Shown here: piece by piece, positions 17,691-30,027 of the stretch
Layout of the letters: each line of letters begins with the position of its first letter
Position numbering within the stretch: the stretch's first letter is position 1
Assembly (NCBI GenBank): GCA_964637655.1
Contig: CAZWUZ010000003.1
Location: 1-43,462 of the forward strand
DNA length: 43,462 bases
Source: an uncultured bacterium
Lineage (GTDB): Bacteria; DAOPZR01
Direction of reading: 5' to 3'
Program-made: the position numbers and the translations under genes
The notes under the pieces: generated by a model
What the model saw: the letters and a program-made list of their open reading frames with translations, nothing else
What the model was told of the DNA's origin: nothing
The model's database searches: none

Positions 17691-18413
17691 ATGCACGAGG
17701 AAATTCACGACCTGCTGGCACAATTGCAGTTCACGCACTGGTGGTTCAACGGCCGCCGGCGCGTGGTCGGCGCCTTCCTGGCCCGGCGGGTACGTCCGGG
17801 AGCCGGCGCGGAGGTGCTGGACATCGGCAGCGGACACGGGGCGCTGATCCCGGAACTGCAGCGGTTCGGCACGGTGGACGCGGCGGAACCCTACGCCCCG
17901 GCACAGGAAACGTTGCGGGCGCTGGGCGTGCGCGAGATTATGCCCGACGCGGACGCGCTGCTGCTCAGGCCCGCCCGGCGTTACGATATTGTCGCGCTGG
18001 GCGACGTGCTCGAGCATGTGCCTGACGACGCCGCCCTGCTGCGCGCGGTGCGCGAACACTGCCTGAAACCGGGCGGGCACGTGCTGTTTACTGTTCCCGC
18101 CTACCGCTGGATGTGGAGCGCGCTGGATGACAAGGCGGGACACCGCCGTCGCTATACCCGGGCCATGGCGCGGCAGGCACTCGTCGCGGCGGGGTACACC
18201 GACATCGCGGTATCGCATTTCATGTGCCTGCTCTTCCCGCTGGCCGCGGCCAGCCGGCTGCTGCGCCCGCGCCGCAGCCACGACCTCGCCCCCGTGGCGC
18301 CCTGGCTGAATTCCCTGCTGCAGGCGGTCTTCGCGTTCGAAGTGCCGCTCCTCCGCCGCGTCAATCTCCCCTGCGGCCTGTCGGTCATCGCCGCCGGCAC
18401 CGCCCCGGTATGA
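17691..18413 (+). CDS. class I SAM-dependent methyltransferase
   Basis: VLDIGSGHG, DVLEHVPDD, LKPGG..FTVPA..W...D...GHRRRY, a type often found in glycosylation clusters. Confidence 0.85.
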   Translation: MHEEIHDLLAQLQFTHWWFNGRRRVVGAFLARRVRPGAGAEVLDIGSGHGALIPELQRFGTVDAAEPYAPAQETLRALGVREIMPDADALLLRPARRYDIVALGDVLEHVPDDAALLRAVREHCLKPGGHVLFTVPAYRWMWSALDDKAGHRRRYTRAMARQALVAAGYTDIAVSHFMCLLFPLAAASRLLRPRRSHDLAPVAPWLNSLLQAVFAFEVPLLRRVNLPCGLSVIAAGTAPV

Positions 18414-20125
18414 ACCCGCATCGCGCCTGGCTGCTGCTGCCGCTGCTGCTGGTCCTGCTGCTGCATGTGCCGGGCATGCGCTGGGGCCTGCCGACCGCAG
18501 AGCGCACGGCGCTGTCGTACCGCAATCCGGACACCGCGCGGCAGCTGCTCAGCGGGGTCTCGCCTGACGACCTGGCGAATTCATGGCAGCAGTGGACCTA
18601 TCAGGAGGACCGGTCGCGATCAAACGAGATCCCGTCGTGGGTGTTCAATCCCATCCGCTCCTATCACGCCGACGAGCACAATATCTTCAAGTCGATCAGC
18701 AACATGAAACCGCAGCAACTCGATTTCAACCCGCATTTCTTTGTCTGGGGCACGTTCTACTTTTACCTGGTGGCAGCGGCACTGGCAGTGGCCAAGGTGC
18801 TCAGCCTGATAACGGTGGTAGGTGACGTCAACTTCTACATCATGCACCCGGAGAAATTCGCGGAGCTGTACCTGGTCGGACGCACGGTATCGCTGCTGCT
18901 GACGCTGGGCACGGTGGCGGGCGCCATGTATCTCGGCCGGCAGCTCGGCAGCACCCTGACCGCGCTCTTCGCCGGCCTGTTCACCGTGCTCGCCCCGCTG
19001 CTGCTCGGCTACGGCCACTTCATGACCACCGACCCGGCCCTGGCGGCTTTCTTCACGCTGGCACTGGTGCTGGCGGTGCGTACCTGGCAGCGCGGCGGCA
19101 CCTGGCGCGACTACCTGCTGGCCGGTGCCGCTATCGGGCTGGCCGCCGGCGCCAAATACAACGGCGCTCTTGTCTGCACCGGACTGATCACCGCACACCT
19201 GCTGCTCTGCGTACAGCGACGGACATGGCGGGACGGGCAGGCGCACCTGCGCCTGCTGGCCGCCGGCGGCATGTCGCTGCTCGCGTTCCTTGCGGTCACC
19301 CCGTACGCGGTGCTGGCGTGGCCCGAATTCAGCGACCAGCTGTTCACCAAGGTGTTCGGCGCGCTCGGTTCACACGGCGCTGTCCCGTTCAAAGGGGGAT
19401 TCTTTCTGACCGCGCTGGCCACGGGGACACAGATTCCCGTGCTGCTGCTGGCCGTGGCCGGTGCACTGCTCGCACTCCGGCGTCAACACCTGCCGGCGCT
19501 CATTCCGGCAGCAACCTGCCTGCTCTATTTTGCGTATTTTCTCAAGTTTGTCCTGAATGAAGACCGCATGATGCTGCCGCTGGTCGCCCCCGTGGCGGCG
19601 CTGGCGGCTTACGCGCTCTTCCCGACAACAGTATTGTCTGTTTCCGGACAGCGTACGCGACTGATCCTGGCGCTGGCGGTGCTCGTGCTGCTGATCCCGA
19701 TGGCGGCAGCAGTGGTCAACGCACAACGTGGAGAAGATCCGCGTCTCGCCGCCGGGCACTGGGTACGCGCACGGTTCACTGCGACCACCACCTGCGGCCT
19801 GGTCACACCGCTGCTGCAGTATCACCAGCCGCCCATGGACTATACCGCCCACCGGTTCCTGCCCGTGCCCGGACTCGTCGAGGATTATGCCCGACTGTCG
19901 GCGGAAGGGGTTGACTATGTTATCCTCAACCTCGAGGAAAACCGCAGTGAATGGCCGGAAAAAATGGCCGCCCTCAACCGCCACCATCGCTACGCAGTCG
20001 TGGCTGCCTTCGGCACCTGGGACGAAGAGAGTCCGCTAATCTGCTGGCTTTATAAATTGAAACCGTTGCGCACCTACCTCTGGCCGCGTCTGGTTATCTA
20101 CCGGCGTAGTGCCGCAACTGATTGA
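18410..20125 (+). CDS. GT-C fold membrane glycosyltransferase (ArnT/PMT-like)
   Basis: Multi-TM; WGLP, YHADE, NPHFFVWG, GLAAGAKYNG, TPYA motifs. ATGA overlap with the methyltransferase stop. Confidence 0.75.
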   Translation: MNPHRAWLLLPLLLVLLLHVPGMRWGLPTAERTALSYRNPDTARQLLSGVSPDDLANSWQQWTYQEDRSRSNEIPSWVFNPIRSYHADEHNIFKSISNMKPQQLDFNPHFFVWGTFYFYLVAAALAVAKVLSLITVVGDVNFYIMHPEKFAELYLVGRTVSLLLTLGTVAGAMYLGRQLGSTLTALFAGLFTVLAPLLLGYGHFMTTDPALAAFFTLALVLAVRTWQRGGTWRDYLLAGAAIGLAAGAKYNGALVCTGLITAHLLLCVQRRTWRDGQAHLRLLAAGGMSLLAFLAVTPYAVLAWPEFSDQLFTKVFGALGSHGAVPFKGGFFLTALATGTQIPVLLLAVAGALLALRRQHLPALIPAATCLLYFAYFLKFVLNEDRMMLPLVAPVAALAAYALFPTTVLSVSGQRTRLILALAVLVLLIPMAAAVVNAQRGEDPRLAAGHWVRARFTATTTCGLVTPLLQYHQPPMDYTAHRFLPVPGLVEDYARLSAEGVDYVILNLEENRSEWPEKMAALNRHHRYAVVAAFGTWDEESPLICWLYKLKPLRTYLWPRLVIYRRSAATD

Positions 20126-20273
20126 CTTTTTCCCACAGCCACTACCCGTCCTGCCAAACTGACCATCAACAAATCACCGGAACAATAACTGCAGAAATGG
20201 CAGACAACTCTAACGGCCCCATGGTATTTATTACCTGTTTTTTATCATGCAGTTGCATGTACGCTATCGAATC

Positions 20274-20289
20274 TGGCATGGCTTTCGCT
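20274..20289 (+). promoter_or_regulatory. sigma54 (-24/-12) promoter of hsp20
   Basis: TGGCATGGCTTTCGCT fits GG-N10-GC; lies in an AT-rich intergenic region with an IHF-like TATCATGCAGTTG at 20243-20255. Confidence 0.65.
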
Positions 20290-20357
20290 TTATTTTGAGG
20301 CAGTAAAAGGCGGTATGTCAGATTGGCCGCCTGACAACATTCAAGGAGGTGGTTGGT

Positions 20358-20786
20358 ATGGCTATCATGAGGTGGAGGCCGTGGTCGGAAGTGGCAGGCG
20401 TGCAGGACGAGGTCAACAAAATCTTCGACGAATTTTTCAATCGTCCTGCCGGCGGCAACGCGATGTTCACTGCGCCGCTGGACATTGCGGAGACGGAGAA
20501 CGAGTTCATCGTGCATCTGGAGGTGGCGGGCGTCGCGCAGAGCGACATCGACATCAGTGTGCACGACGGCGTGCTGACGGTGAAGGGGGAAAAGAAATTC
20601 GCGAACGAGAAAAAGGAGGCGCAGTGGCACCGCGTCGAGCGCAGCTATGGCGCGTTTTCGCGCTCGCTGACACTCCCGAACACAGTCAACCAGGAGAGCA
20701 TCAGGGCGGCGTACCGGGAAGGCGTGCTGACGGTAACGATGGCCAAGAAGGAAGAGACCAAACCCCGCAGCATCAAGATCAACTGA
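20358..20786 (+). CDS. Hsp20/alpha-crystallin small heat-shock protein
   Basis: PLDIAETENEFIV, VLTVKGEK, RVERSYGAFSRSLTLP, AAYREGVLTV, C-terminal IxI (IKI); AGGAGG RBS. Confidence 0.93.
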   Translation: MAIMRWRPWSEVAGVQDEVNKIFDEFFNRPAGGNAMFTAPLDIAETENEFIVHLEVAGVAQSDIDISVHDGVLTVKGEKKFANEKKEAQWHRVERSYGAFSRSLTLPNTVNQESIRAAYREGVLTVTMAKKEETKPRSIKIN

Positions 20787-20796
20787 CGTACCGCGT

Positions 20797-20825
20797 GGCG
20801 TCCCGGAGGGTTCCTCCGGGACGCC
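20797..20825. terminator. hairpin terminator between convergent hsp20 and gatD
   Basis: 13-bp perfect stem GGCGTCCCGGAGG/CCTCCGGGACGCC with a 3-nt loop, followed by a short T-tract on the + strand. Confidence 0.75.
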
Positions 20826-20830
20826 CGTTT

Positions 20831-21598
20831 TCAGGTGGTCGCGGTCGTGCGGCGCACTGCCGCCTCGTGCGCACGCCATTCCAGCGTGTCGTCGAGCGGC
20901 GCCAGCGCCGCCGGGGCCGCGCCGCCATAGCGGTGCTGCAGCGCCCAGCGGATGAGCAGGTCGGCGAGGTGCGGGTTCTTCGGCAGCAGCGCTCCGTGCA
21001 GGTAGCAACCGATGGCATGCCGGTAAACCGCGCCTTCCGTATCATCCGTGTTGTTGCCATACCCGTACTCAGCCATACCCAGCGGGATACATCCGCCTTC
21101 CAGAAAGGTTTCGCCGCTGTGGTTTTCGAATCCCACCACCGTGGTCCGTCCCCCGGCGGCGGCGGCCATCTCCGGCGTCAGCCGGATGAAGATATTGCCG
21201 ATACGGCGGGTTTTCCCGGCGACGGTATAGGCGTTGAAGATGCCCGCCCCGTCAAGACGCGGGCCGGCGAACGGCTGGTAGTACTTCGCCAGCAGCTGAT
21301 AGCCGCCGCAAATCGCGAGCAGCGCGGCGCCGTTCTCCACCGCCTGCCGCAGCGACGCCGCCTTCAACCGCAGCAGGTCATCAGCCACGGTCAGCTGCTC
21401 GCGGTCCTGCCCGCCCCCGAAGAAGTAAAGATCATGCGCCGCCGGGTCGAGTTCCGCACCGGACGAAACCTCCGTCACCGTCGCCGTCAGCCCGCGCCAC
21501 GCACAGCGCTGCACCAGTGCCATGACGTTGCCGCGGTCCCCGTAGATGTTCATCAGTTCGGGATAGAGAAACGCAATGCGGATGCCGGTCATCGTCAT
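20831..21598 (-). CDS. gatD: lipid II isoglutaminyl synthase, glutamine amidotransferase subunit
   Basis: LYPELMNIYGDRGN, GGGQD, ICGGYQ (catalytic Cys), GFENHSG, YLHGALLPKNP; translationally coupled to murT. Confidence 0.88.
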   Translation of the reverse strand: MTMTGIRIAFLYPELMNIYGDRGNVMALVQRCAWRGLTATVTEVSSGAELDPAAHDLYFFGGGQDREQLTVADDLLRLKAASLRQAVENGAALLAICGGYQLLAKYYQPFAGPRLDGAGIFNAYTVAGKTRRIGNIFIRLTPEMAAAAGGRTTVVGFENHSGETFLEGGCIPLGMAEYGYGNNTDDTEGAVYRHAIGCYLHGALLPKNPHLADLLIRWALQHRYGGAAPAALAPLDDTLEWRAHEAAVRRTTATT

Positions 21599-22967
21599 TC
21601 CTCCCAGTAAGGCGCCTTGATACCGCGCGCCGCGAGGAGTCGCTGCAGTTCCAGCATCGCCGTGTAGGTCAGCAGGCAGTAGAGCGGCCCGCTGCCGTCA
21701 GCCAGCAGCGCGTCGAGCGCCCGCGGCAGTTCGTCATCGACCATGATCTGTGCCGGAGCGATGCCCGCATACTTCAGGCGCACCCCCATGTCAGCAGCAC
21801 GTATTCCCGTCGCCACCACCCGCCGCACGCGTTCCGGCAGCAGTTCAAAATCAGCATCCCACAGCCACGAGATGTCATGCCCGTCGGCGGTCAGGTCATT
21901 GATGGCCAGCAGCAGGTCGAACGGCGGTGCCCCCGGCGGTGTCAGCGTCTGCAGCACGGCATCGGCACCGGTCGGGTTCTTGAAGAGAAAAATGCATACC
22001 TCGCGTCCGGCGACCGTCAGACGCTCGAAGCGTCCGAATGCCGCGCTGAAATGTTCCAGCGCCCGGACGATACCAGCCGGCGCGATGCCGGCCGCATGCG
22101 CCGTAGCTGCTGCGGCCAGCGCGTTGTACACGTTATAGATGCCGCCAAGCTGCAGCGTCACCGTCAGCAGGTCGCTGCCGGGCAGGTGCAGCGTGAACAC
22201 GCTCCGCAGCGGACTGAGCTGCAGACCGGTCGCACGCACCGCCGGCCGCGGACGCTGCCACTCACACTGCGTGCAGCGGTAGTCGCCCAGGTGACCGAGG
22301 TAGTGGCCGGCAAAGACCAGCGGCGCACCGCAGCGGCGGCAGGTGCGCGTATCGACGGCATGCACCGGCCGGGTCAGCCGGCAGGCAGGGTCGTCAAGCC
22401 CGAAATACGTCACGCTCCCGTCGTACCCGTCACCCAGCGACGCCACCGACGGGTCGTCGGCATTGAGCACGAGCTGCGGCCGCCCGAGCGACGGCAGCAC
22501 CTCCTGCCAGCGGGCGCGGATCTTTTCCGTTTCGCCGTAGCGGTCGAGCTGGTCGCGGAACAGGTTGAGGAAGGTAATCGTGCGCGGGCGGACCGCCGCG
22601 GCGATGGCAGGGAACGCCATTTCGTCAGTTTCCCACAAACCGGTATCGGCAGCCATGCTGCCGTCGGCACGGGCGGCAACCAGCGCGGCGGTAGTCGCCC
22701 CGCGCAGCAGGTTGGACCCATGGCGGTTGTTGACCAGGCGCCGCCCGCCGGCGACGAGCATATCCTGCAGCATGCGCGTGGTCGTGGTCTTGCCGTTGGT
22801 GCCCGTGATGCAGAGCGAACCATACGCCAGCAACGCGGTGAGCCGCGCCAGCAGGTCGGGACAGAGTTTCGCCGCGAGCAGGCCGGGGAGCGCGGTGCCG
22901 CCGCCGCGCCCGCTCAGGCGCGCGGCATGATGCGCCAGTTTGCCCAGCGCGACCGCGAGACGCAGCA

Positions 22968-22968
<1 letters not shown>
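21595..22968 (-). CDS. murT: lipid II isoglutaminyl synthase, Mur-ligase subunit (DUF1727)
   Basis: GGTALPG, TGTNGKTTT, NLFRDQLDRYGE, Zn finger CRRC..CTQC, KNPTG, NDLTADGHDISWLWDADFE, TYTAML. Confidence 0.9.
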
Positions 22969-25475
<2,507 letters not shown>

Positions 25476-25477
25476 GG

Positions 25478-26524
25478 TCAGTGTCCCTTCAGTTTTTCCC
25501 GCACCAGCCGCGCGCGCAGGTAGTCCTGGCGGTCGTCAGCGTACTCGCTGCCGCCATAGTACTGCAGGTGGGCGGGCTGGATATGCAGAAAGATTTCGTT
25601 GAGCAGATGGATGTCGAGCGCGGTGATGATGCCCATGCTGACCCCGAGGCGCACGTCGGAGAGCACTTCCATCGCCTCGTCCGCCTTGAGCAGGCGGGCG
25701 GCGGTGAGCAGCCCGTAAGCGCGCCAGACGCGGTCCTCGAGCCAGTGGCGGCGTCGGGCATAGACCGCACGGCGGGCCGCCTGCTCGCGTTCCAGCAGCC
25801 AGCGCATGGTGTGCCTGATGTCGGTGAGCATCTCCGACTCGGTCTGCCCGAGCGCCTTCTGGTTGGAGAGCTGGAAGAAGTTGCCGATGCTCTCCGTCCC
25901 CTCGCCATAGTAGCCGCGGATGGCGAGTCCGAACCCGGTGATATCCTTGAGCATGGTGTTGATCCGCTTCGTCATGATCAGCCCGGGCAGATGCACCAGC
26001 ACCGACGCGCGCATCCCCGTACCGGCGTTGGTCGGGCAGGCGGTAAGGTAGCCCCAGTCGGGATGGAAGGCGAAGTCCAGGCGTGCGTCGAGCGCGCGCT
26101 CGACGGTGCTGACCGTGTCATAGGCGCCCTCCAGCTGCAGGCCGGAGGCGAAGGCGGTGATGCGCAGGTGGTCCTCCTCGTTGATCATCACCGAGGCCGC
26201 CTCGCCCGGCCTGATCAGCGCCCCGCTGTTGGGCAGGGTGAGCAGGTTATGGCTGATGAGGTGACGTTCCACGAGCAGCTGCTGTTCGAGCACGGGGGCC
26301 TGCGGCAGGTCGAAGTAGAGCGCGCTGGCGAGCAGCGGACAATCGCGGGCCGCGCTGAGCACGGTATCGCGCACCGCCGCGCTCTGCTCGTCCGTGGCGC
26401 GCGAGGTGAAGTTCCAGTCGGTCAGGTTGCGCGCCAGGCGCACCCGGCTGGTGATGACGATGTCTGAATCGGGACCGCGGGCGGAGAGCCATTCCCCCGT
26501 GCCGCGCAGCAGGTGCTCGATCAT
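25478..26524 (-). CDS. mcsB: protein arginine kinase
   Basis: SRVRLARN, LVERHLIS, MINEEDHLRI, GYLTACPTNAGTGMRASV, RGYYGEG, FQLSNQ. Confidence 0.93.
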   Translation of the reverse strand: MIEHLLRGTGEWLSARGPDSDIVITSRVRLARNLTDWNFTSRATDEQSAAVRDTVLSAARDCPLLASALYFDLPQAPVLEQQLLVERHLISHNLLTLPNSGALIRPGEAASVMINEEDHLRITAFASGLQLEGAYDTVSTVERALDARLDFAFHPDWGYLTACPTNAGTGMRASVLVHLPGLIMTKRINTMLKDITGFGLAIRGYYGEGTESIGNFFQLSNQKALGQTESEMLTDIRHTMRWLLEREQAARRAVYARRRHWLEDRVWRAYGLLTAARLLKADEAMEVLSDVRLGVSMGIITALDIHLLNEIFLHIQPAHLQYYGGSEYADDRQDYLRARLVREKLKGH

Positions 26525-27036
26525 GCCGGGGCGCTCTCCGTCGCGGCAGCCAGCAGGCGGATGCGGTCACGCAGTTGCGCGGCCTCCTCATACGCCTCAC
26601 GCCGCACTGCCGCCTGCAGTTCCTGCTGCAGCTGCGCCAGTTCACGGTGGCGGGAAAGCGCCGCCGCCTGCCGCTGCGGCACCTGCCCGGTATGGCGCGC
26701 CGAGCGGTGGATCTTGCGCATCAGTTTTTCCACCTGCGGCGCGAAGGTGGCGTAGCAGCGGGCGCAGCCGAAGCGCCCGCTCTCGCGGAACGCGCTGAAC
26801 GTGAGCCCGCACCGGCAGGCCGGTTCCGCCGCCCTCTCGCTCCCGCCGCCTGATTCGAGATTGGCAAAGGCCGTCAGCAGCGTGGCCAGCGACAGCCCGT
26901 CTCCGTCGGCCGGCAGCCCGAGTTCCGCCGCGCAGGCCGCGCAGAAGTAATGTGCGCTCACCTCGTCCCCCACCTGCTTGACAAACTTGATGGTGGCGGG
27001 CGCCTGCCGGCAGTGTTCGCAGCGACGGCGATCCAT
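26521..27036 (-). CDS. mcsA: McsA (CxxC zinc-binding plus UVR domain)
   Basis: CEHC, CAAC, CRCG, GRFGCARCY, H.G..P, EAYEEAAQLRD. Confidence 0.9.
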   Translation of the reverse strand: MDRRRCEHCRQAPATIKFVKQVGDEVSAHYFCAACAAELGLPADGDGLSLATLLTAFANLESGGGSERAAEPACRCGLTFSAFRESGRFGCARCYATFAPQVEKLMRKIHRSARHTGQVPQRQAAALSRHRELAQLQQELQAAVRREAYEEAAQLRDRIRLLAAATESAPA

Positions 27037-27037
27037 G

Positions 27038-27919
27038 CTACCTGCCGCCGATCGGGGTGCCGGTGGTCTGCGTCAGTTTGCGGTAGGCGGCAATCAGTCC
27101 CCTGGTCACCGCGCCCGGTTTCCCGTTGCCGATGATGCGCCCGTCCACCTCGACCACCGGAATGACCTCGGCCGCGGTACCGGTGAGGAAACACTCGTCC
27201 GCCGTGTAGAGTTCGTACGGGGTGAAGGGCTCCTCGCGCACCGTCAGTTTGCGCTTCCGCGCCAGCGCAATGACCGCGTTGCGGGTAACCCCTTCGAGCG
27301 GGCCAAGCCAGAGCGGCGGGGTGATCAGCACCCCGCCCCGCACGAGAAAAATGTTGTCCCCCGTGCACTCGAGCACATAGCCGTCATGCGTGAGCATCAG
27401 CGTCTCGATGGTCCCGGCATTGATCCCCTCGATCTTGGCGAGAATGTTGTTGAGATAGTTGAGCGACTTGATGCGCGGACTGAACTGGTCGCCGCGCACG
27501 CGCCGCACCGAGCCCGTCACCAGTTTGAGTCCCTGCGCGTAGAACTGTTCCGGGTAGAGCGTGATCTTCGAGGCGATGCAGAAGACCGTCGCCACGGGAC
27601 ATTTGCGCGGGTCGAGCCCGAGATCACCCTTCCCGCGGGTGACGACGAGGCGGATATACGCGTCGCGCAGTCCGTTGGCGCGCAGCGTCTGCCGCACCAC
27701 GTCCGCCATCTGCTGCGGGGTCAGCGGAATGCGCAGGGTAATAACCTTCGCCGAGTCGTACAGCCGGGCGATATGCTCAGCAAGGCGGAAGACCCGGCCG
27801 TTATAGGCGCGAATACCCTCGAACACGCCATCCCCGTAGAGTAAACCATGATCGAACACCGAGACCTTCGCCTCGCGCTCGTCAACCAGCTTCCCGTCCA
27901 GCCAGATCCGCAGTCCCAT
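27038..27919 (-). CDS. ilvE: branched-chain amino acid aminotransferase
   Basis: DHGLLYGDGVFEGIRAY, KSLNYLNN, ECTGDNIF, LEGVTR, ADECFLTGTAAE. Confidence 0.93.
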   Translation of the reverse strand: MGLRIWLDGKLVDEREAKVSVFDHGLLYGDGVFEGIRAYNGRVFRLAEHIARLYDSAKVITLRIPLTPQQMADVVRQTLRANGLRDAYIRLVVTRGKGDLGLDPRKCPVATVFCIASKITLYPEQFYAQGLKLVTGSVRRVRGDQFSPRIKSLNYLNNILAKIEGINAGTIETLMLTHDGYVLECTGDNIFLVRGGVLITPPLWLGPLEGVTRNAVIALARKRKLTVREEPFTPYELYTADECFLTGTAAEVIPVVEVDGRIIGNGKPGAVTRGLIAAYRKLTQTTGTPIGGR

Positions 27920-27930
27920 GGCTTCCTCCG

Positions 27931-28617
27931 TTAGGCCTCCGTCAGAAGGCCGTCCGCCAGCCGCAGCGCGGACATCTCCGCGCGCAGCCGGTCATCATGC
28001 GAAACAATCAGCAGCGCCGCCTGTCGCTCGCGCACCAGCGCCCGCAGCAGGTCGATCACCTGGTGCCCGATGCCCCAGTCGAGGTTGCCCGTCGGCTCGT
28101 CGGCGAGCACCAGCGCGGGGCGGTTGACCAGCGCCCGCGCCACCGCCACGCGCTGCGCCTCACCGCCCGAGAGTTGCGCCGGGTAATGCGCCGCGCGCGC
28201 CTGCAGCCCGACGCGGTCGAGCAGATCCGCCGCCCGTTCCCGTGCCACACCGCGCCCCGCACCCGCCGCCAGCGCGGGGAGCATCACGTTTTCCAGCGCG
28301 GTAAATTCGGCGAGCAGGTGGTGCATCTGGAAGACGAAGCCGAGTTGCTCCCGCCGCAGGCGCGAGCGCTCCGCGTCGGGCAGCCGCCCCAGGTCGGCAC
28401 CGCGGAACGAGACGCTCCCCGCCGTCGGTGTTTCCAGTCCTGCCAGCAGGTTGAGCAGCGTCGTTTTGCCCGTACCGCTCGCCCCGACCACGAGATGTTC
28501 TTCCCCCGCCTGCAGCGCGAGGTTGACCCCGCGCAGCACGACGATTTCCTCCGCCGTGCGCGCCCGGCGGTAGTGCTTGACCAGCCCGACGGCGGTAAGC
28601 AGCGGCGCGGGTGCCAT
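27931..28617 (-). CDS. lolD: lipoprotein-releasing ABC transporter ATPase
   Basis: GASGTGKTT, LGFVFQMHHLLAEFTALENV, LSGGEAQR, ADEPTGNLD; follows lolC/E. Confidence 0.82.
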   Translation of the reverse strand: MAPAPLLTAVGLVKHYRRARTAEEIVVLRGVNLALQAGEEHLVVGASGTGKTTLLNLLAGLETPTAGSVSFRGADLGRLPDAERSRLRREQLGFVFQMHHLLAEFTALENVMLPALAAGAGRGVARERAADLLDRVGLQARAAHYPAQLSGGEAQRVAVARALVNRPALVLADEPTGNLDWGIGHQVIDLLRALVRERQAALLIVSHDDRLRAEMSALRLADGLLTEA

Positions 28618-29831
28618 CAGTCGAACCGGATCGCCGTGACGGGGTCGAGCCGCGCCGCCCGCCACGCGGGGTAGAGCGCCGCCAGCAGCGTCAGCAGCAG
28701 CGTGCCGGCCACGACAATGATAACATCCGGCGCCTGCATGTCAACCGGCAGCTGGTCGATGTAGTAGACGTCACTGGGGAGGCGGATGCCGTAGCGGGCG
28801 AGGAACCAGCAGACCCCCGAGCCGAACAGCGCGCCGGCCACCACCCCGGCCACCCCGATGAGCACTCCCTGCAGCACGAAGAGGCGGAGCACCGAGCGGG
28901 CGGGCACCCCGAGCGCGCGCAGCACCCCGATATCATGCGTTTTCTCGATGACCATCATCACCAGCGAACCGGCGACGTTGCACGCGGCGACAAAGACGAT
29001 CAGGGTGAGAATGACGAACATCGAGACCTTTTCCAGGCGGATGGCGGCGAACAGCGAGTGGTTGATCTGCTGCCAGCTGCGCACGGTCAGGCGGTAGTCG
29101 AGCGCCCGTGTCAGTTGCGCCGCCACGGCGGAGGCCTGCAGCGGGTCGGCAACGCGCACTTCGAGCGCGGTCGGGTTGCCGTCGGGGGTGAGCAGCGAGG
29201 CAGCCAGCGGCAGCGGCACGTAGGCCATGACGCAGTCGTACTCGTACATGCCCGAGCGGAACAGGCCGCTGACCGTAGCGGTCACCGTTTTCGGCGCCAT
29301 GCCGACCGGGGTGAGCATCATCTCCGGAGAGATGATGTAGACGCGGTCACCCAGCGTGACACCGAGAAAGCGCGCCAGTTCCTCGCCCAGCAGGATGCCG
29401 TTGTCGTCGGGAAACACAAAACGCCCCTGCGTGACGTAGGTGGCGATGTCGGTGACCCGCGCCTCATGCACCGGGTCGATGCCGCGCAGCTTCGCCCCCT
29501 GCACCCGCCCGTGCGCACGCAGCAGCACCTCGCCGTCAACCACCGGCGCGGCGGCCACCACGCCCGGGACGCGCTCGGCCGTGCGCCGCAGCGTTTCCGC
29601 CTCCGCCAGCGTCTCGCGATTGACCCCGGTGACGCGCACATGCGCGTTGGTGCCGAGGATCTTCTGCGACAGGTCGCGCTCGAACCCGTTCATCACCGAG
29701 ATGACGATGATCAGCGCCGCCACCCCGACAAACACCCCCAGCGTGGCGATCAGCGCGATCAGTGACGCCAGCGAGCCATGCCGCCGCGGCCGCAGGTAGC
29801 GGGAGCCGACCAGCCATTCGAAGGTCAGCAC
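28617..29831 (-). CDS. lipoprotein-releasing ABC transporter permease LolC/E
   Basis: RYLR, GVAALIIVISVMNGF, SGMYEYD, EKTHDIGVLRALG, YYIDQLP, YPAWRAARLDP. Confidence 0.88.
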   Translation of the reverse strand: MLTFEWLVGSRYLRPRRHGSLASLIALIATLGVFVGVAALIIVISVMNGFERDLSQKILGTNAHVRVTGVNRETLAEAETLRRTAERVPGVVAAAPVVDGEVLLRAHGRVQGAKLRGIDPVHEARVTDIATYVTQGRFVFPDDNGILLGEELARFLGVTLGDRVYIISPEMMLTPVGMAPKTVTATVSGLFRSGMYEYDCVMAYVPLPLAASLLTPDGNPTALEVRVADPLQASAVAAQLTRALDYRLTVRSWQQINHSLFAAIRLEKVSMFVILTLIVFVAACNVAGSLVMMVIEKTHDIGVLRALGVPARSVLRLFVLQGVLIGVAGVVAGALFGSGVCWFLARYGIRLPSDVYYIDQLPVDMQAPDVIIVVAGTLLLTLLAALYPAWRAARLDPVTAIRFD

Positions 29832-30027
29832 ACCTGCCCCCCCTCACCGCGCGGACGCGGCTGCGTCCTCTCAGGCGCGAGGCGCGGCCCCAGGTAGCGG
29901 GAGCCGACCAGCCATTCGAAGGTCAGCACACCGGCCCCCCCTCACCGCGCGGACGCGGCTGCGTCCTCTCAGGCGCGAGCCGCGGCCGCAGGTAGCAGGA
30001 GCCGACCAGCCACTCGAAGGTGAACAC
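29785..30027 (-). repeat. 98-bp tandem repeat (about 2.5 copies) duplicating the lolC/E RBS and first 16 codons
   Basis: GTG(C/T)T(G/C)ACCTTCGARTGGCTGGTCGGCTCC(C/T)GCTACCTG begins at 30027, 29929 and 29831. The intervening sequence contains the hairpin GGACGC-GGCT-GCGTCC. Confidence 0.95.

Noticed and set aside
20831..21598. Cobyric acid synthase CobQ
   Set aside because: It is a stand-alone glutaminase domain coupled to a DUF1727 Mur ligase, which defines GatD; no cobalamin genes are nearby.
29785..30027. CRISPR or IS element interpretation of the 98-bp repeat
   Set aside because: The spacers are near-identical to each other, the repeat is lolC/E coding sequence, and there is no transposase or terminal inverted repeat.
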